Origin: an uncultured Alphaproteobacteria bacterium
Lineage (GTDB): Bacteria > Pseudomonadota > Alphaproteobacteria > Rhizobiales > Beijerinckiaceae
Assembly (NCBI GenBank): GCA_963829515.1
Contig: CAWHIP010000021.1
Location: 3,614-67,613 of the forward strand
DNA length: 64,000 bases
Direction of reading: 5' to 3'
Positions 9,191 through 19,190 of this stretch are shown one piece after another. Numbering within the stretch: the stretch's first letter is position 1; the number at the start of each line of letters is the position of its first letter. The notes beneath the pieces were generated by a model that was not told where the DNA came from, did not search any database, and worked only from the letters and a program-made list of their open reading frames with translations. The translations under genes were made by a program, and so were the position numbers.

Positions 9191-10687
9191 TCACTCAGCC
9201 GCGGCGGCCGACCGATCCAAGGGCGAAGCGCCGACCGATTCCTCGGATGCGGCGGCGGCGAAAGCCTCCCCAATCAGGATCACGCAAGGCCCGGAAAATT
9301 CATCGGCTGGCAATTTGCCGGGAAGATCGGCGATCGTCCCCGCGATGCTGCGCTCATCTGGCCATGTGGCGCGCTCGACGAGGATCGCTGGCGTCGCCGG
9401 GTCGAGCCCATGCGCCAAGAGCCGCTCGGATAAAGCGCCAAGCGTTTTCCGCCCCATGTAGATGACGCTCGACGCCCGCGCGTCGCAGATGGAGCGCCAA
9501 TCAATGTCCTCAGGCAGCTTGCCGTCATGGGCATGGGCGGTGATGAACTGGAGGCGGCGGGCCTTGTCGCGCTCCGTCAGGGAAAGCTTCAACGCAGCCG
9601 CCGCGCCGAGCGCGGCCGTGACGCCCGGAACCACTTCGACCGGCACGCCGGCGGCCCGCAAGGCCGAGATTTCCTCATTGGCCCGGCCGAAAATCATCGG
9701 ATCGCCGCCCTTGAGGCGAACCACGCGCCTGCCGCTTTTGGCGAGCGAGATCAAGAGCTCAACGATATGCTCCTGACGACAGGACGGCCTGTAGCCGCGT
9801 TTCCCGACCGGGATTTTCTCGGCCTCGCGCCGCGCCATTTCAACGACGCCAGGAGCCACGAGATCGTCGTACAAGACGACGTCGGCGGACTGCAAAATCC
9901 GCAGGGCCTTCAAGGTCAAGAGCTCGGGATCGCCAGGACCGGCCCCGACCAAGGCCACCGACCCCATCGCCGCGCTCGGCGCGTCGGCTTCGGTGGCGGC
10001 GAGCAGCCTGGCGAAATCAGCCTCCTCGGGTCCGCTGCCCCGCGCGGCGAGCGCCTTGGCGCTGAACAATTCCCAAAATCGCCGGCGGGCCTTGGCCGAA
10101 AGGTCGAGATTCTTCAATTTTCGCCGCCAGCCTTTAGCTGCTCCGGCCCAAAGCTTGACCTCATGCGTCAGCATGGCTTCAAGCCGTCCGCGCAGCGCTT
10201 GCGCCAGAATCGGCGAGCCCCCGTTAGTGGAGATGCCGATGACCAGAGGCGAACGGTCGACGATCGCGCCGAATTGAAAATCCGAAAACTCCGGCCTATC
10301 GACGATATTCGCGGGAACGCCGGCGGCTTGCGCCGCCGCCTTGAACGCTTGGGCGAACTCTTCGGCGTCCTCCGCATCCGCTGCGTCGGCGACGGCGAGC
10401 GCCGCGCCGCGCAGATCTTCCGGCGCGAAGCGGCGCCGGACGAGTCGCAGGGTGGAATGGCCCCGCGCAAGCTCGCAAAGGTCGGCGCAGGGATCAGCGC
10501 TATAGATTTCGAGAGCGGCCCCGGCGGCGCGGAAAAGTTCGGCCTTCCACAGGGCGGCCTTCGAGCCTCCGGCCAGAACGACCTTTTTGCCCTTGAGGCC
10601 AAAGAAAACCGGCACATTGGCCAGCCCCTGCATGAGCGGCCTTGTTTCCTTGTCGCTTAAGCCGAACGGCGGCGCTGCCCTACTCAT
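9191..10687 (-). CDS. cysG: siroheme synthase CysG (dehydrogenase/ferrochelatase + uroporphyrinogen-III C-methyltransferase)
   Basis: NIVDRPEFSDF, VIGISTNGGSP, VGAGPGDPELLTLKA, RLKGGDP and VVPGVTA. Start could be 10633. Confidence 0.95.
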   Translation of the reverse strand: MSRAAPPFGLSDKETRPLMQGLANVPVFFGLKGKKVVLAGGSKAALWKAELFRAAGAALEIYSADPCADLCELARGHSTLRLVRRRFAPEDLRGAALAVADAADAEDAEEFAQAFKAAAQAAGVPANIVDRPEFSDFQFGAIVDRSPLVIGISTNGGSPILAQALRGRLEAMLTHEVKLWAGAAKGWRRKLKNLDLSAKARRRFWELFSAKALAARGSGPEEADFARLLAATEADAPSAAMGSVALVGAGPGDPELLTLKALRILQSADVVLYDDLVAPGVVEMARREAEKIPVGKRGYRPSCRQEHIVELLISLAKSGRRVVRLKGGDPMIFGRANEEISALRAAGVPVEVVPGVTAALGAAAALKLSLTERDKARRLQFITAHAHDGKLPEDIDWRSICDARASSVIYMGRKTLGALSERLLAHGLDPATPAILVERATWPDERSIAGTIADLPGKLPADEFSGPCVILIGEAFAAAASEESVGASPLDRSAAAAE

Positions 10688-10877
10688 GGATGCGATTTTG
10701 TCCTATCTCCGTCGTCATCGACGCGCGGCGCGCCATGGCAGTAAACAGGTGGAGATCGCAAAGGCAAACCGTAAGTTCAACGCCCTCGCGATAAATCAGG
10801 ACCTGGACTAAAATCGGCGCTTCTCCGGTTAAGCAATCCAGGCGCCGCCGTAAATCCAGCCGCAAGAGGCATCCCAA

Positions 10878-11736
10878 TTGAATAGATTAGAGCCCAAATT
10901 GATGTCGGCGGCTTTCGTCCTCACCGCGTGCTTGGCCTTGGCGGCGACCGGCCCGGCGGCGGCTGACCCCGGCGTCTTCGCGCCAAGCTTCTGGGATCCG
11001 CATCATCGGGTTGAAAAACCGGAGGCCGCGGATCTCCACAGCATACGCTTCTTGACCGAAGACGATTATCCGCCTTTCCATTTCACCTCGCCCGGCGGCG
11101 CGCTCACGGGGTTCGACGTGGATTTGGCCCGCGCCATTTGCGAAGAATTGAAAATCGCCTGCACGATCCAAGCACGCAGAATTCGACACGCTGATCGACG
11201 CGCTCGACGAAAATCAAGGCGACGCCATTATCGCCTCGCTTCGGATCGACGCGCAAACGCGGGAGAAGCTCGACTTCACCGCGCCCTATTACGCGACGCC
11301 GGCCCGATTTGTGACGCTGAAGTCCAGCCAGCTCGCCGACGCGACGCCGGAACGCCTGCGTCGGAAAACCATCGGCGTCGAGGCGCATAGCGCGCATGAA
11401 GCTTTCCTCGAAACGTTTTTTCCGGACGCGATACGCAAGCCCTACAACTCGCAAAAGGAGCTGCGCGCCGCCCTCGTGAAGGGCGAAATCGACGCTCTGT
11501 TCGGCGACGGCGTCTCGCTGAGCTTCTGGCTCCAAGGCGAGGACCCGAACGGCTGCTGCGCCTTTCGCGGCGGGCCATTCCTTGACAGCCAATTCTTCGG
11601 CGAGGGCGTTGGAATCGCGGTGAAAAAAGGCAATCCGCATTTGCGCCAGGCGCTCGACTACGCCCTCGCCGCGCTGGCGGCGAAGGGAGCCTATACCGAT
11701 CTCTATCTGAAATATTTCCCGCTAGGATTTTATTGA
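10878..11736 (+). CDS. amino-acid ABC transporter substrate-binding protein, family 3 (frameshift ~11180)
   Basis: DYPPF...GFDVDLARAICEEL in one frame; GEIDALFGD...GEGVGIAVKK...YLKYFPLGFY in the next. Confidence 0.85.
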
Positions 11737-11832
11737 TTGACAGAACCCCGCCGCCGGCAATTCTGTTCACGCTTGAATGAGGGAAAGCGGCGTCCGCGCC
11801 TTGGCCGCCAACCCTATTTTAGATCCAAGCCT

Positions 11833-12444
11833 TCAAAGGTAAGCTTCCAGCTCCCGCGCCGCCTCTTTCGGCGGCTTCGACAGATTGAAGGCGTTCACGA
11901 ACCGGCCGCGCTTGTCCATCAGATAGACGACCGCCGTGTGATCGACCGAGTAATCGCCATTTTCGCTCGGCACCTTGCGAACAAACACCTTGAAGGCCTT
12001 GGCGGCCGCCTGAGCCTTGTCCGGATCGCCGGTCAACCCGATAATGCGCGGATCAAAATTCTCGAGATAGGTTTTCAAGGTCTCCGGCGTGTCGCGCGCG
12101 GGATCGACCGTTATGAAAAGAGCCGCGATCTTCTTGTCCGGCCCAAGCTCCTTGAACACTTCGGAAATGTCGAACAGCGCGGTCGGACAAAAATCCGGGC
12201 AATGGGTATAGCCGAAAAACACCAGATAGGGACGCCCTTCGAGCTCCTTATTGGTGATGACGCGCCGATCCTGATCGATCATCGCGAAAGGCCCGCCAAT
12301 CGCCGCCGCGCTTAATTCCCCGCGCTTGGCGATTCCGCTATAGGCCAAGCTCGCCAGACCCGCGAGGCCGAGCACGAACCCCGCCATAATGAAAGATAGC
12401 TGGCGCGAAGCTTTGCGGGAAACCGGACTTTTGGCTTTGGTCAT
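11833..12444 (-). CDS. SCO1/SenC family copper chaperone
   Basis: FFGYTHCPDFCP (CxxxC), ITVDPARDT and YSVDHT. Confidence 0.95.
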   Translation of the reverse strand: MTKAKSPVSRKASRQLSFIMAGFVLGLAGLASLAYSGIAKRGELSAAAIGGPFAMIDQDRRVITNKELEGRPYLVFFGYTHCPDFCPTALFDISEVFKELGPDKKIAALFITVDPARDTPETLKTYLENFDPRIIGLTGDPDKAQAAAKAFKVFVRKVPSENGDYSVDHTAVVYLMDKRGRFVNAFNLSKPPKEAARELEAYL

Positions 12445-12701
12445 GGCCGCACACCTACCAAAACGAGTTCAGAAATCCAATGCGGCAAAATAAGCTCGAA
12501 AGCCCCCCGCCGCAAAGCTGAAAAGCGCCGCCCCGGGCCAATTCGTCATGGAAGCTATAGGCGCGCCCAAACCGCGATCAAGCTTTTTTGAACACTTCCG
12601 TCGAGCCTTTGCCGTCAAGGCCTAGCCATGGGGCTGAAACCGGCAGGGCCTACGCTTGTTCGCCGCTCCTTCCGCCCCCGCGCTTGTCGGCGCGACATTT
12701 A

Positions 12702-12716
12702 CGTTATAGTGTTACA
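12702..12716. promoter_or_regulatory. putative Zur box
   Basis: CGTTATAGTGTTACA (GTTAT-N3-GTTAC, imperfect palindrome) just upstream of the RBS of the operon encoding a Zn-type ABC transporter. Confidence 0.6.
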
Positions 12717-12732
12717 TCTAGATGGAGGCAGG

Positions 12733-12879
12733 ATGAGCATGGCGCAGGAAGACGCCTCGGCCAGACCGGCGCGGGACGCCGGCTTTTCGTTATTTCGCCT
12801 ATCAGGCTTGGCGCGTTTCGGCGGCGCCTCGGTCTTGATCGCGGGCCTGTGGGCCGCTGTCTATTGGGCGTTGCATTAA
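12733..12879 (+). CDS. small single-TM protein, first gene of the metal ABC operon
   Basis: GGAGG at 12724-12728, ATG at 12733; 48 aa ending in hydrophobic VLIAGLWAAVYWALH. Confidence 0.65.
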   Translation: MSMAQEDASARPARDAGFSLFRLSGLARFGGASVLIAGLWAAVYWALH

Positions 12880-12913
12880 TGGCTTGGACGGTCGACAAGC
12901 CAAAGGGTTTGCA

Positions 12914-13654
12914 ATGAGCGCCGCCATTCGCTTCCGCGATCTGACCCTCGGCTACGACCGCCATCCAGCCGTGCATCACCTCGACGGCGATGTCGAGTCG
13001 GGCGCTCTGCTCGCGATCTGCGGCCCCAACGGCGCCGGCAAATCCACTTTGCTCAAAGGCATTGTCGGCGCGCTTTCGCCGCTGAGCGGGGCGATCTCGC
13101 TTCCGCTCGCGAAAGCGCGCGACATCGCCTATCTGCCCCAAGCGGCCGATATAGACAGAAGCTTTCCCATCCCTGTCTTCGATGTCGTCGCCATGGGGCT
13201 TTGGAAGCGGCGCGGCCTGTTCGGCGGCTTCTCCGCGCGCGACAAGGAGACGATTGGCGACGCCATCGCCGCCGTCGGGCTCGAAGGCTTCGAACGGCGC
13301 GCCATCGCGACGCTGTCCGGCGGGCAATTGCAGCGCATGCTGTTCGCTAGGCTCCTCATTCAAGACGCCGCCATTATTCTGCTCGACGAGCCCTTCACCG
13401 CGATCGACTCGAAAACGACGGCCGATCTCCTCGATCTCGTCGCCCACTGGCGCGCCGAGAAACGCACCGTGCTCGCCGTCCTGCATGATTTAGCGCTGGT
13501 TCGGACGCATTTCCCGCAAACGCTTTTGCTCGCCCGGGAGGCGATCGCCCAGGGTCGAACCGAGACTGTCCTGACCCCGGAAAATCTCCTGAAGGCGCGG
13601 TCCATGATCAAGGCTTTCGACCGGCGGGCGCAGGCCTGCGGGCGGGCGGCGTGA
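12914..13654 (+). CDS. Zn/Mn ABC transporter ATP-binding protein (AztA/ZnuC-like)
   Basis: GPNGAGKST, LSGGQ and LLDEPF; N-terminal YDRHPAVHHL. Confidence 0.93.
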   Translation: MSAAIRFRDLTLGYDRHPAVHHLDGDVESGALLAICGPNGAGKSTLLKGIVGALSPLSGAISLPLAKARDIAYLPQAADIDRSFPIPVFDVVAMGLWKRRGLFGGFSARDKETIGDAIAAVGLEGFERRAIATLSGGQLQRMLFARLLIQDAAIILLDEPFTAIDSKTTADLLDLVAHWRAEKRTVLAVLHDLALVRTHFPQTLLLAREAIAQGRTETVLTPENLLKARSMIKAFDRRAQACGRAA

Positions 13655-13664
13655 GAGCCGGCGG

Positions 13665-14540
13665 ATGTCCATGCTGAGCGACGCCTTGATCTCGCCATTT
13701 GTCGAATTCGCCTTCATGCGCCGCGCCCTTGTCGGCGCGTCCGCTTTGGCGATCGCCGGTTCGCCGCTCGGCGTGTTCTTGATCTTGCGCCGCATGTCGC
13801 TCACCGGCGACGCCATGGCCCATGCAATTCTGCCCGGCGCCGCGATCGGCTATCTCGTCGCCGGCCTATCTCTAGGGCCGATGACCATCGGCGGCTTGAC
13901 CGCCGGCCTTGTCGTGGCGGTGGGATCGGGCGTCGTCGCCCGCGCGACGATCTTGCGCGAGGACGCGTCGCTCGCGGCCTTCTATCTGATTTCGCTCGCG
14001 CTCGGCGTCACGCTCGTGTCCTTGCGCGGCTCGAACATCGATCTGCTGCATGTGCTCTTCGGCAGCGTGCTCGCCCTTGACGACGCGACCCTCATCCTTC
14101 TCGCCTCGATCGCCAGCCTTACGCTCGCGAGCCTCGCCTTTCTCTATCGCGCCCTGGTGATGGAGACGGTCGATCCCGGCTTCCTCGCCTCCGTCAGCCG
14201 CGTCGGCGGGCCAACGCAGATCATCTTTCTGGCTCTCGTGGTCTTGAACCTTGTCGGCGGATTTCAAGCGCTCGGCACCTTGCTCGCCGTCGGCATGATG
14301 ATGCTGCCCGCCGCCTCCGCCAGGCTGATCTCGCGCGACATGACTGCGATGATCGCGATCTCGGCCGCCCTCGGTTTGCTCGCGGGCTACGCCGGACTGA
14401 TCATTTCGTTTCACGCCAGCCTTCCGTCCGGCCCGATGATCATCCTGATGGCGGGCCTGTTTTACCTTTTGGCTCTGGCCTTTGGACCGGCCGGCGGCCT
14501 TATGCGTCGGCGCAAGCCAAGCCAGCATCTCGAAGCCTGA
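13665..14540 (+). CDS. Zn/Mn ABC transporter permease (AztB/ZnuB-like)
   Basis: RRMSLTGDAMAHAILPGAA and DLLHVLFGSVL; multiple TM segments. Confidence 0.93.
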   Translation: MSMLSDALISPFVEFAFMRRALVGASALAIAGSPLGVFLILRRMSLTGDAMAHAILPGAAIGYLVAGLSLGPMTIGGLTAGLVVAVGSGVVARATILREDASLAAFYLISLALGVTLVSLRGSNIDLLHVLFGSVLALDDATLILLASIASLTLASLAFLYRALVMETVDPGFLASVSRVGGPTQIIFLALVVLNLVGGFQALGTLLAVGMMMLPAASARLISRDMTAMIAISAALGLLAGYAGLIISFHASLPSGPMIILMAGLFYLLALAFGPAGGLMRRRKPSQHLEA

Positions 14541-14566
14541 CCCCACGAGCGCCAAGGAGGCGCGCG

Positions 14567-15469
14567 ATGCAAAGCAGACGTTATGTTATAACCTCATTTA
14601 TTCTTGTCCTGGCGACAGCCGGCTTCGGCTTCGGCCTGGCGCAGGCCGCCGATAAGCTTCCCGTCGTCGCGACATTCACCATTCTCGCCGATCTCGCCCG
14701 CAATGTCGGCGGCGACCGCGTCGAAGTCGCGACGCTCGTCGGTCCCAATGGCGACGCCCATGTCTATCAGCCGACGCCGGCCGACGCCAAAAATCTTGGC
14801 GCGGCCCGGCTCATATTGGTCAACGGCCTCGGGCTCGAAGGCTGGATCGACCGCCTCATCAAGGCGTCGGGCGCCAAGGCGCCGGTCGTTGTCGCGACCA
14901 AAGGGGTGCGGCCGCGCGAGATGGAGGAGGAGGGCCATGTCGGCGCCGACCCCCACGCCTGGCAATCGATCGCCAACGCCAAGATCTATGTCGCCAATAT
15001 TCGCGACGGGCTGATCGCCGTCGATCCTGAGGGCGCGGAGGCCTATCGCGCCAACGCCGCCGCCTATCTCGCCAAGCTCGACGCGCTCGAGGCCGAGGTC
15101 GCGGCGGCGATCGCCAAAATCCTGCCGGCGCGCCGCGAGATCATCACGACCCATGACGCTTTCGGCTATTTCGGCGCCGCCTATGACTTCCGCTTCATCG
15201 CCCCGCAGGGCGTCTCGACCGAGACCGAGGCCAGCGCCCGCGACGTCGCGAAAATCATCCGTCAGATCAAGGCCCAGAAAATTCCGGCGGTGTTTCTCGA
15301 AAATATCACCGATCCGCGATTGGCCCGAAGGATCGCCGCCGAAAGCGGCGCCAAAATCGGCGGCGCGCTTTTTTCCGACGCGCTTTCGCCTCCAGACGGT
15401 CCGGCCGCGACCTATATCGACATGATGCGCAACAATGTAAGGGAGCTTTCGGCGGCGCTGGAAAATTAG
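14567..15469 (+). CDS. Zn/Mn ABC transporter solute-binding protein (AztC/TroA-like)
   Basis: AAGGAGG RBS; metal-ligand motifs DAHVY, DPHAWQS and TTHDAFGYF. Confidence 0.93.
   Translation: MQSRRYVITSFILVLATAGFGFGLAQAADKLPVVATFTILADLARNVGGDRVEVATLVGPNGDAHVYQPTPADAKNLGAARLILVNGLGLEGWIDRLIKASGAKAPVVVATKGVRPREMEEEGHVGADPHAWQSIANAKIYVANIRDGLIAVDPEGAEAYRANAAAYLAKLDALEAEVAAAIAKILPARREIITTHDAFGYFGAAYDFRFIAPQGVSTETEASARDVAKIIRQIKAQKIPAVFLENITDPRLARRIAAESGAKIGGALFSDALSPPDGPAATYIDMMRNNVRELSAALEN
14579..14593. promoter_or_regulatory. putative Zur box inside codons 5-9 of the SBP gene
   Basis: CGTTATGTTATAACC (GTTAT-N3-ATAAC), AT-rich within an otherwise GC-rich ORF. Confidence 0.5.
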
Positions 15470-15533
15470 GCGGCGCCTTCAGCTTGCACCGAAAAGCGGT
15501 TAATATCCTTGGGGGTCCTGCTTCAAGGCTTGG

Positions 15534-16100
15534 ATGATTCGCGCCAAAACGGAAGCGGCGCGACGAGGGCGGGAGGTTCGCGTGCCGGAACGCGGCAAGA
15601 TAACCGCACAGCTCACCCCCGAGCAAAGCGCAACTTTCAGTCAGATTATTCGCGAGCTCATTCGCCACGAAAACGAATTAATCAATCAGCGAATTAGCTG
15701 GCTGGTTCAAAGCCAGGGCCTGTCCTTCGCCGCCTTGGCCTTCGCCTGGGAAAAGGCGCCGGTTCTGGCCTACCCTCTGGCTGTGCTCGGAACGGTTACC
15801 GCCCTCTCGGCCTGGACCGCAACTTCGTTAAGCAACTTGGCGGTCGGCAAATTGGAAAACCAATGGCGCCGGAGCGTTCCCGAGGATCAACGTACAATCA
15901 ACCCCGTGATCGGCCTTTCTGGCAAATCAATTGCTGAAGCCGAGTGGCTGCGTCCTTCGACATGGTTGCCGCGCTGGACCTTGCTCAGGCCCTGGACCGC
16001 GTTGCCGCCGCTTTTCATCGTGGTTTGGTGTCTCTTGGTCATCGCCAGATTGCTGTCTCCTGCGGAACCGCCGCCGGAAACCAGAATTCTATTTTTATAA
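15534..16100 (+). CDS. hypothetical membrane protein (about 3 TM)
   Basis: 188 aa; RHENELINQRISWLVQSQGL followed by two hydrophobic helices, plus a C-terminal helix. Confidence 0.6.
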   Translation: MIRAKTEAARRGREVRVPERGKITAQLTPEQSATFSQIIRELIRHENELINQRISWLVQSQGLSFAALAFAWEKAPVLAYPLAVLGTVTALSAWTATSLSNLAVGKLENQWRRSVPEDQRTINPVIGLSGKSIAEAEWLRPSTWLPRWTLLRPWTALPPLFIVVWCLLVIARLLSPAEPPPETRILFL

Positions 16101-16205
16101 ATTGAGCGCCTCGCCAGCGCCTTTCGCCGCCGCGCCTTTTCATTTGCGAGCCGCGCCGAACCGCTCCATATAGCGGGGTCAAGTCACATTCTGGTCGGAG
16201 CTTTC

Positions 16206-17248
16206 ATGCCGGACGAAAAAATTCCCGTCACCGTGCTCACCGGCTATCTCGGCGCCGGCAAGACCACGCTTTTAAACCGCATCCTGTCCGAGGATCACGG
16301 CCGGAAATTCGCCGTCATCGTCAATGAATTCGGCGAGATCGGCATAGACAATGACCTCGTCATCGGCGCCGACGAGGAAGTCTTCGAGATGAACAACGGC
16401 TGCATCTGCTGCACCGTGCGCGGCGATCTCATCCGCATCGTCGAGGGCTTGCTGAAGCGCAAAGGCAAGTTCGACGCGATCATCGTCGAGACGACGGGGC
16501 TCGCCGATCCCGCGCCCGTGGCGCAGACTTTCTTTGTCGACGCCGATGTGCAGGGCGCGGCGCGCCTCGACGCGGTGGTCACGGTGGCCGACGCCAAATG
16601 GCTGGCGGAGCGCCTGAAGGACGCGCCGGAAGCCAAGAACCAGATCGCCTTCGCCGACGTCATCATCCTCAACAAGACCGATCTCGTCAGCCCGGCCGAA
16701 GCGGCGGAGGTCGAGGCAGAATCCGCGCGATCAACCCCTACGCCAAATTGCATAAGACCGTGAATTGCGCCGTGCCGCTCGACGCCGTGCTCGGTTGCAA
16801 CGCATTCGACCTCGACCGCATCCTCGAGATCGAGCCGGCCTTTTTGCAGGTCGAGGACCATCATGACCATGACCATCATGACCACGATCATCACGAGCAT
16901 GGACATCACGCGCACGCGCATGAAACGCATGGGCTGAAACATTACCACGACGAGGACATGCAATCGGTCGCCTTGTCGATCGACGGCGACGTCGACCCGG
17001 ACAAATTCATGCCCTGGCTCAACGACTACATTCAGAGAGAAGGCGCCTCGATCCTGCGCTCCAAGGGGATTCTCGCCTTGAAGGGCGAGCCGCAACGGTT
17101 CGTCTTCCAGGGCGTCCATATGATCCTCGACGGCGATCTGCAGCGCGAGTGGAAGCCCGGAGAAAAGCGCGTGAGCCGACTCGTCTTCATCGGCCGGAAC
17201 TTGAAGGAAGACGAGATCAGCAAGGGATTTCTCGCCTGCGCGGCGTGA
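16206..17248 (+). CDS. COG0523/CobW-family G3E GTPase metallochaperone (frameshift ~16725)
   Basis: [28 protein letters not shown] and NKTD; His-rich loop [20 protein letters not shown] and a CobW_C domain in the second frame. Confidence 0.93.
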
Positions 17249-17302
17249 AACGCCCTCGCCAAGCGAGCCCGGAATTGAACGCAATCCTCCCCAGGCAAGA
17301 TC

Positions 17303-18307
17303 ATGACTGAGCCGACGGCTTCCCTCACCGGCAATGTCACGCCGCTCGACGCCGGCGCCCCGGTCACGGCGGCGGGCTTTCTCGGCGACACTCCAGCGCT
17401 GGCGCTTGGCGACGGCTGCATATTTCTCGCGGCGAAGGGGTCGGAGCAACGTGTCGCGGCGCATCCAGGCGGCGCCATACTCGTGGCCGCGATCGCCGGG
17501 CTAAAGCTCGTCACCGGCGGCGATGACGGCCGCGTCGCGCGCGTCGCCGCCGACGGCGCCATCGAAGAGATCGCGCGGGAAAAAGGCAAATGGATCGACG
17601 CGATCGCCGCGCGCGAGGACGGCGCGATCGCCTGGTCCACGGGCAAGCAGGTTTTCGCCCGCGACTCCAAGGGCGAGGTCAAATCCTTCACCGCTCCGTC
17701 GACGGCGCGCGGCCTCGCCTTCCTGCCCAAGGGCTACCGGATCGCGATCGCCCATTACAATGGCGCGACGCTCTGGTTTCCAAACGCCGCGGCCGCGCCC
17801 GAGCTCTTCGAATGGAAGGGCTCGCATCTCGACATTGCGGCGTCGCCGGACGGGCGCTTTCTTTTGACCTCGATGCAGGAGAACGCCCTGCACGCCTGGC
17901 GCATCGCCGACAAGAAGGACATGCGGCTCAGCGGCTACCCGGCCAAGACGCGTTCGCTGTCCTGGTCCTTCGACGGAAACTGGCTTGCGACGTCAGGCGC
18001 CGAGGCCGCCATAATATGGCCGTTCAAGGACAAGGACGGCCCGATGAACAAGGCTCCGCGCGAGAGCGGCGTCAGGCAAGCCAAGGTGACGAGCGTCGCC
18101 TTTCATCCGAACGCGCTGGTCCTGGCGCAGGGCTATGACGACGGCTGGCTGCTGCTCTGCCGCATCCTGGACGGCGCCGAAATTCTGGTGCGCGGCCCCG
18201 TCGATGCGCCAGCGGCGATCACCGCGCTGGCCTGGCACGGCTCGGGCCGCCGTCTCCTGTTCGGCGCGGCGGACGGCGCGGCGGGCCTTCTCGACATGCC
18301 TGCTTAA
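17303..18307 (+). CDS. WD40-repeat protein
   Basis: Repeated beta-propeller blades (LVTGGDDG, ASPDGRFL, WSFDGNWLATSG, AFHPNALVLAQGYDDG). Confidence 0.88.
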   Translation: MTEPTASLTGNVTPLDAGAPVTAAGFLGDTPALALGDGCIFLAAKGSEQRVAAHPGGAILVAAIAGLKLVTGGDDGRVARVAADGAIEEIAREKGKWIDAIAAREDGAIAWSTGKQVFARDSKGEVKSFTAPSTARGLAFLPKGYRIAIAHYNGATLWFPNAAAAPELFEWKGSHLDIAASPDGRFLLTSMQENALHAWRIADKKDMRLSGYPAKTRSLSWSFDGNWLATSGAEAAIIWPFKDKDGPMNKAPRESGVRQAKVTSVAFHPNALVLAQGYDDGWLLLCRILDGAEILVRGPVDAPAAITALAWHGSGRRLLFGAADGAAGLLDMPA

Positions 18308-18404
18308 AGGGCGAGCGATCCGGTTAGAATGTCTCTTGCTTAGCTTTAATGTCATATCCTGCGGCTAGTCTGCTCTGCCCGCCACCGCCCAAGGCCGATA
18401 TGAC

Positions 18405-19190
18405 ATGAAAATCGCCGATATTCGCGCTCGCGCCTTCGCCATGCCGCTCAACGATCCCTCCTATCCGCCGGGACCGTATCGCTTCTACGACCGCGAATAT
18501 ATGGTAATCTCCTACCGGACCGATCTCGACGTGCTGCGGGCGCTCGTGCCCGAACCGCTCGAGGTGGCGGAGCCGATCGTCAAATATGAGTTCATCCGCA
18601 TGCCGGATTCGGCGGGCTTCGGCGATTACACCGAGACCGGGCAGGTGATTCCGGTGCGCTTCCACGGCGAGCCCGGCGTCTTCGTCCATTCCATGTATCT
18701 CGACGACGACGCGCCGATCGCGGGCGGGCGGGAAATCTGGGGCTTTCCGAAAAAGCTGGCCCAGCCCAAGCTCGCCCATGACAAGGAAGTGCTCGTCGGC
18801 ACGCTGCATTACGGACCCGTGCTCTGCGCCGTCGGCACGATGGGCTACAAGCATAAGGAGCTCGCGCATGATCCCGTTCTGCGCGCGCTCGACGAGCCGA
18901 ATTTTGTGATCAAGATCATCCCGCATGTCGACGGCGCGCTGCGGATTTGCGAGCTCGTCCGCTATTACCTGCAGGATGTCACGCTGAAAGGCGCTTGGAC
19001 GGGCCCCGGCGCGCTTCAACTTTTCAATCATGTCATGGCCGACGTCGCCAGATTGCCGGTGTTGGAGGTGATTTCGGCGACGCATTTCATCGCCGACCTC
19101 ACGCTCGGCCTCGGCGAGGTGGTCTTTGATTACCTTTCGCCCAATGCGCCAGCTCCGGCGCCCTCTTTTCCGGCGGAGGCCTCGACATGA
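18405..19190 (+). CDS. adc: acetoacetate decarboxylase
   Basis: [24 protein letters not shown] and the Schiff-base motif [10 protein letters not shown]. Confidence 0.9.
   Translation: MKIADIRARAFAMPLNDPSYPPGPYRFYDREYMVISYRTDLDVLRALVPEPLEVAEPIVKYEFIRMPDSAGFGDYTETGQVIPVRFHGEPGVFVHSMYLDDDAPIAGGREIWGFPKKLAQPKLAHDKEVLVGTLHYGPVLCAVGTMGYKHKELAHDPVLRALDEPNFVIKIIPHVDGALRICELVRYYLQDVTLKGAWTGPGALQLFNHVMADVARLPVLEVISATHFIADLTLGLGEVVFDYLSPNAPAPAPSFPAEAST

Noticed and set aside
8120-16730. Frameshifts at ~8120, ~11180 and ~16725 fall on GANTC-like sites (possible methylation-linked basecalling error)
   Set aside because: Only about 3 of 20 indels fit; the rest are in unrelated contexts, so no pattern can be claimed.
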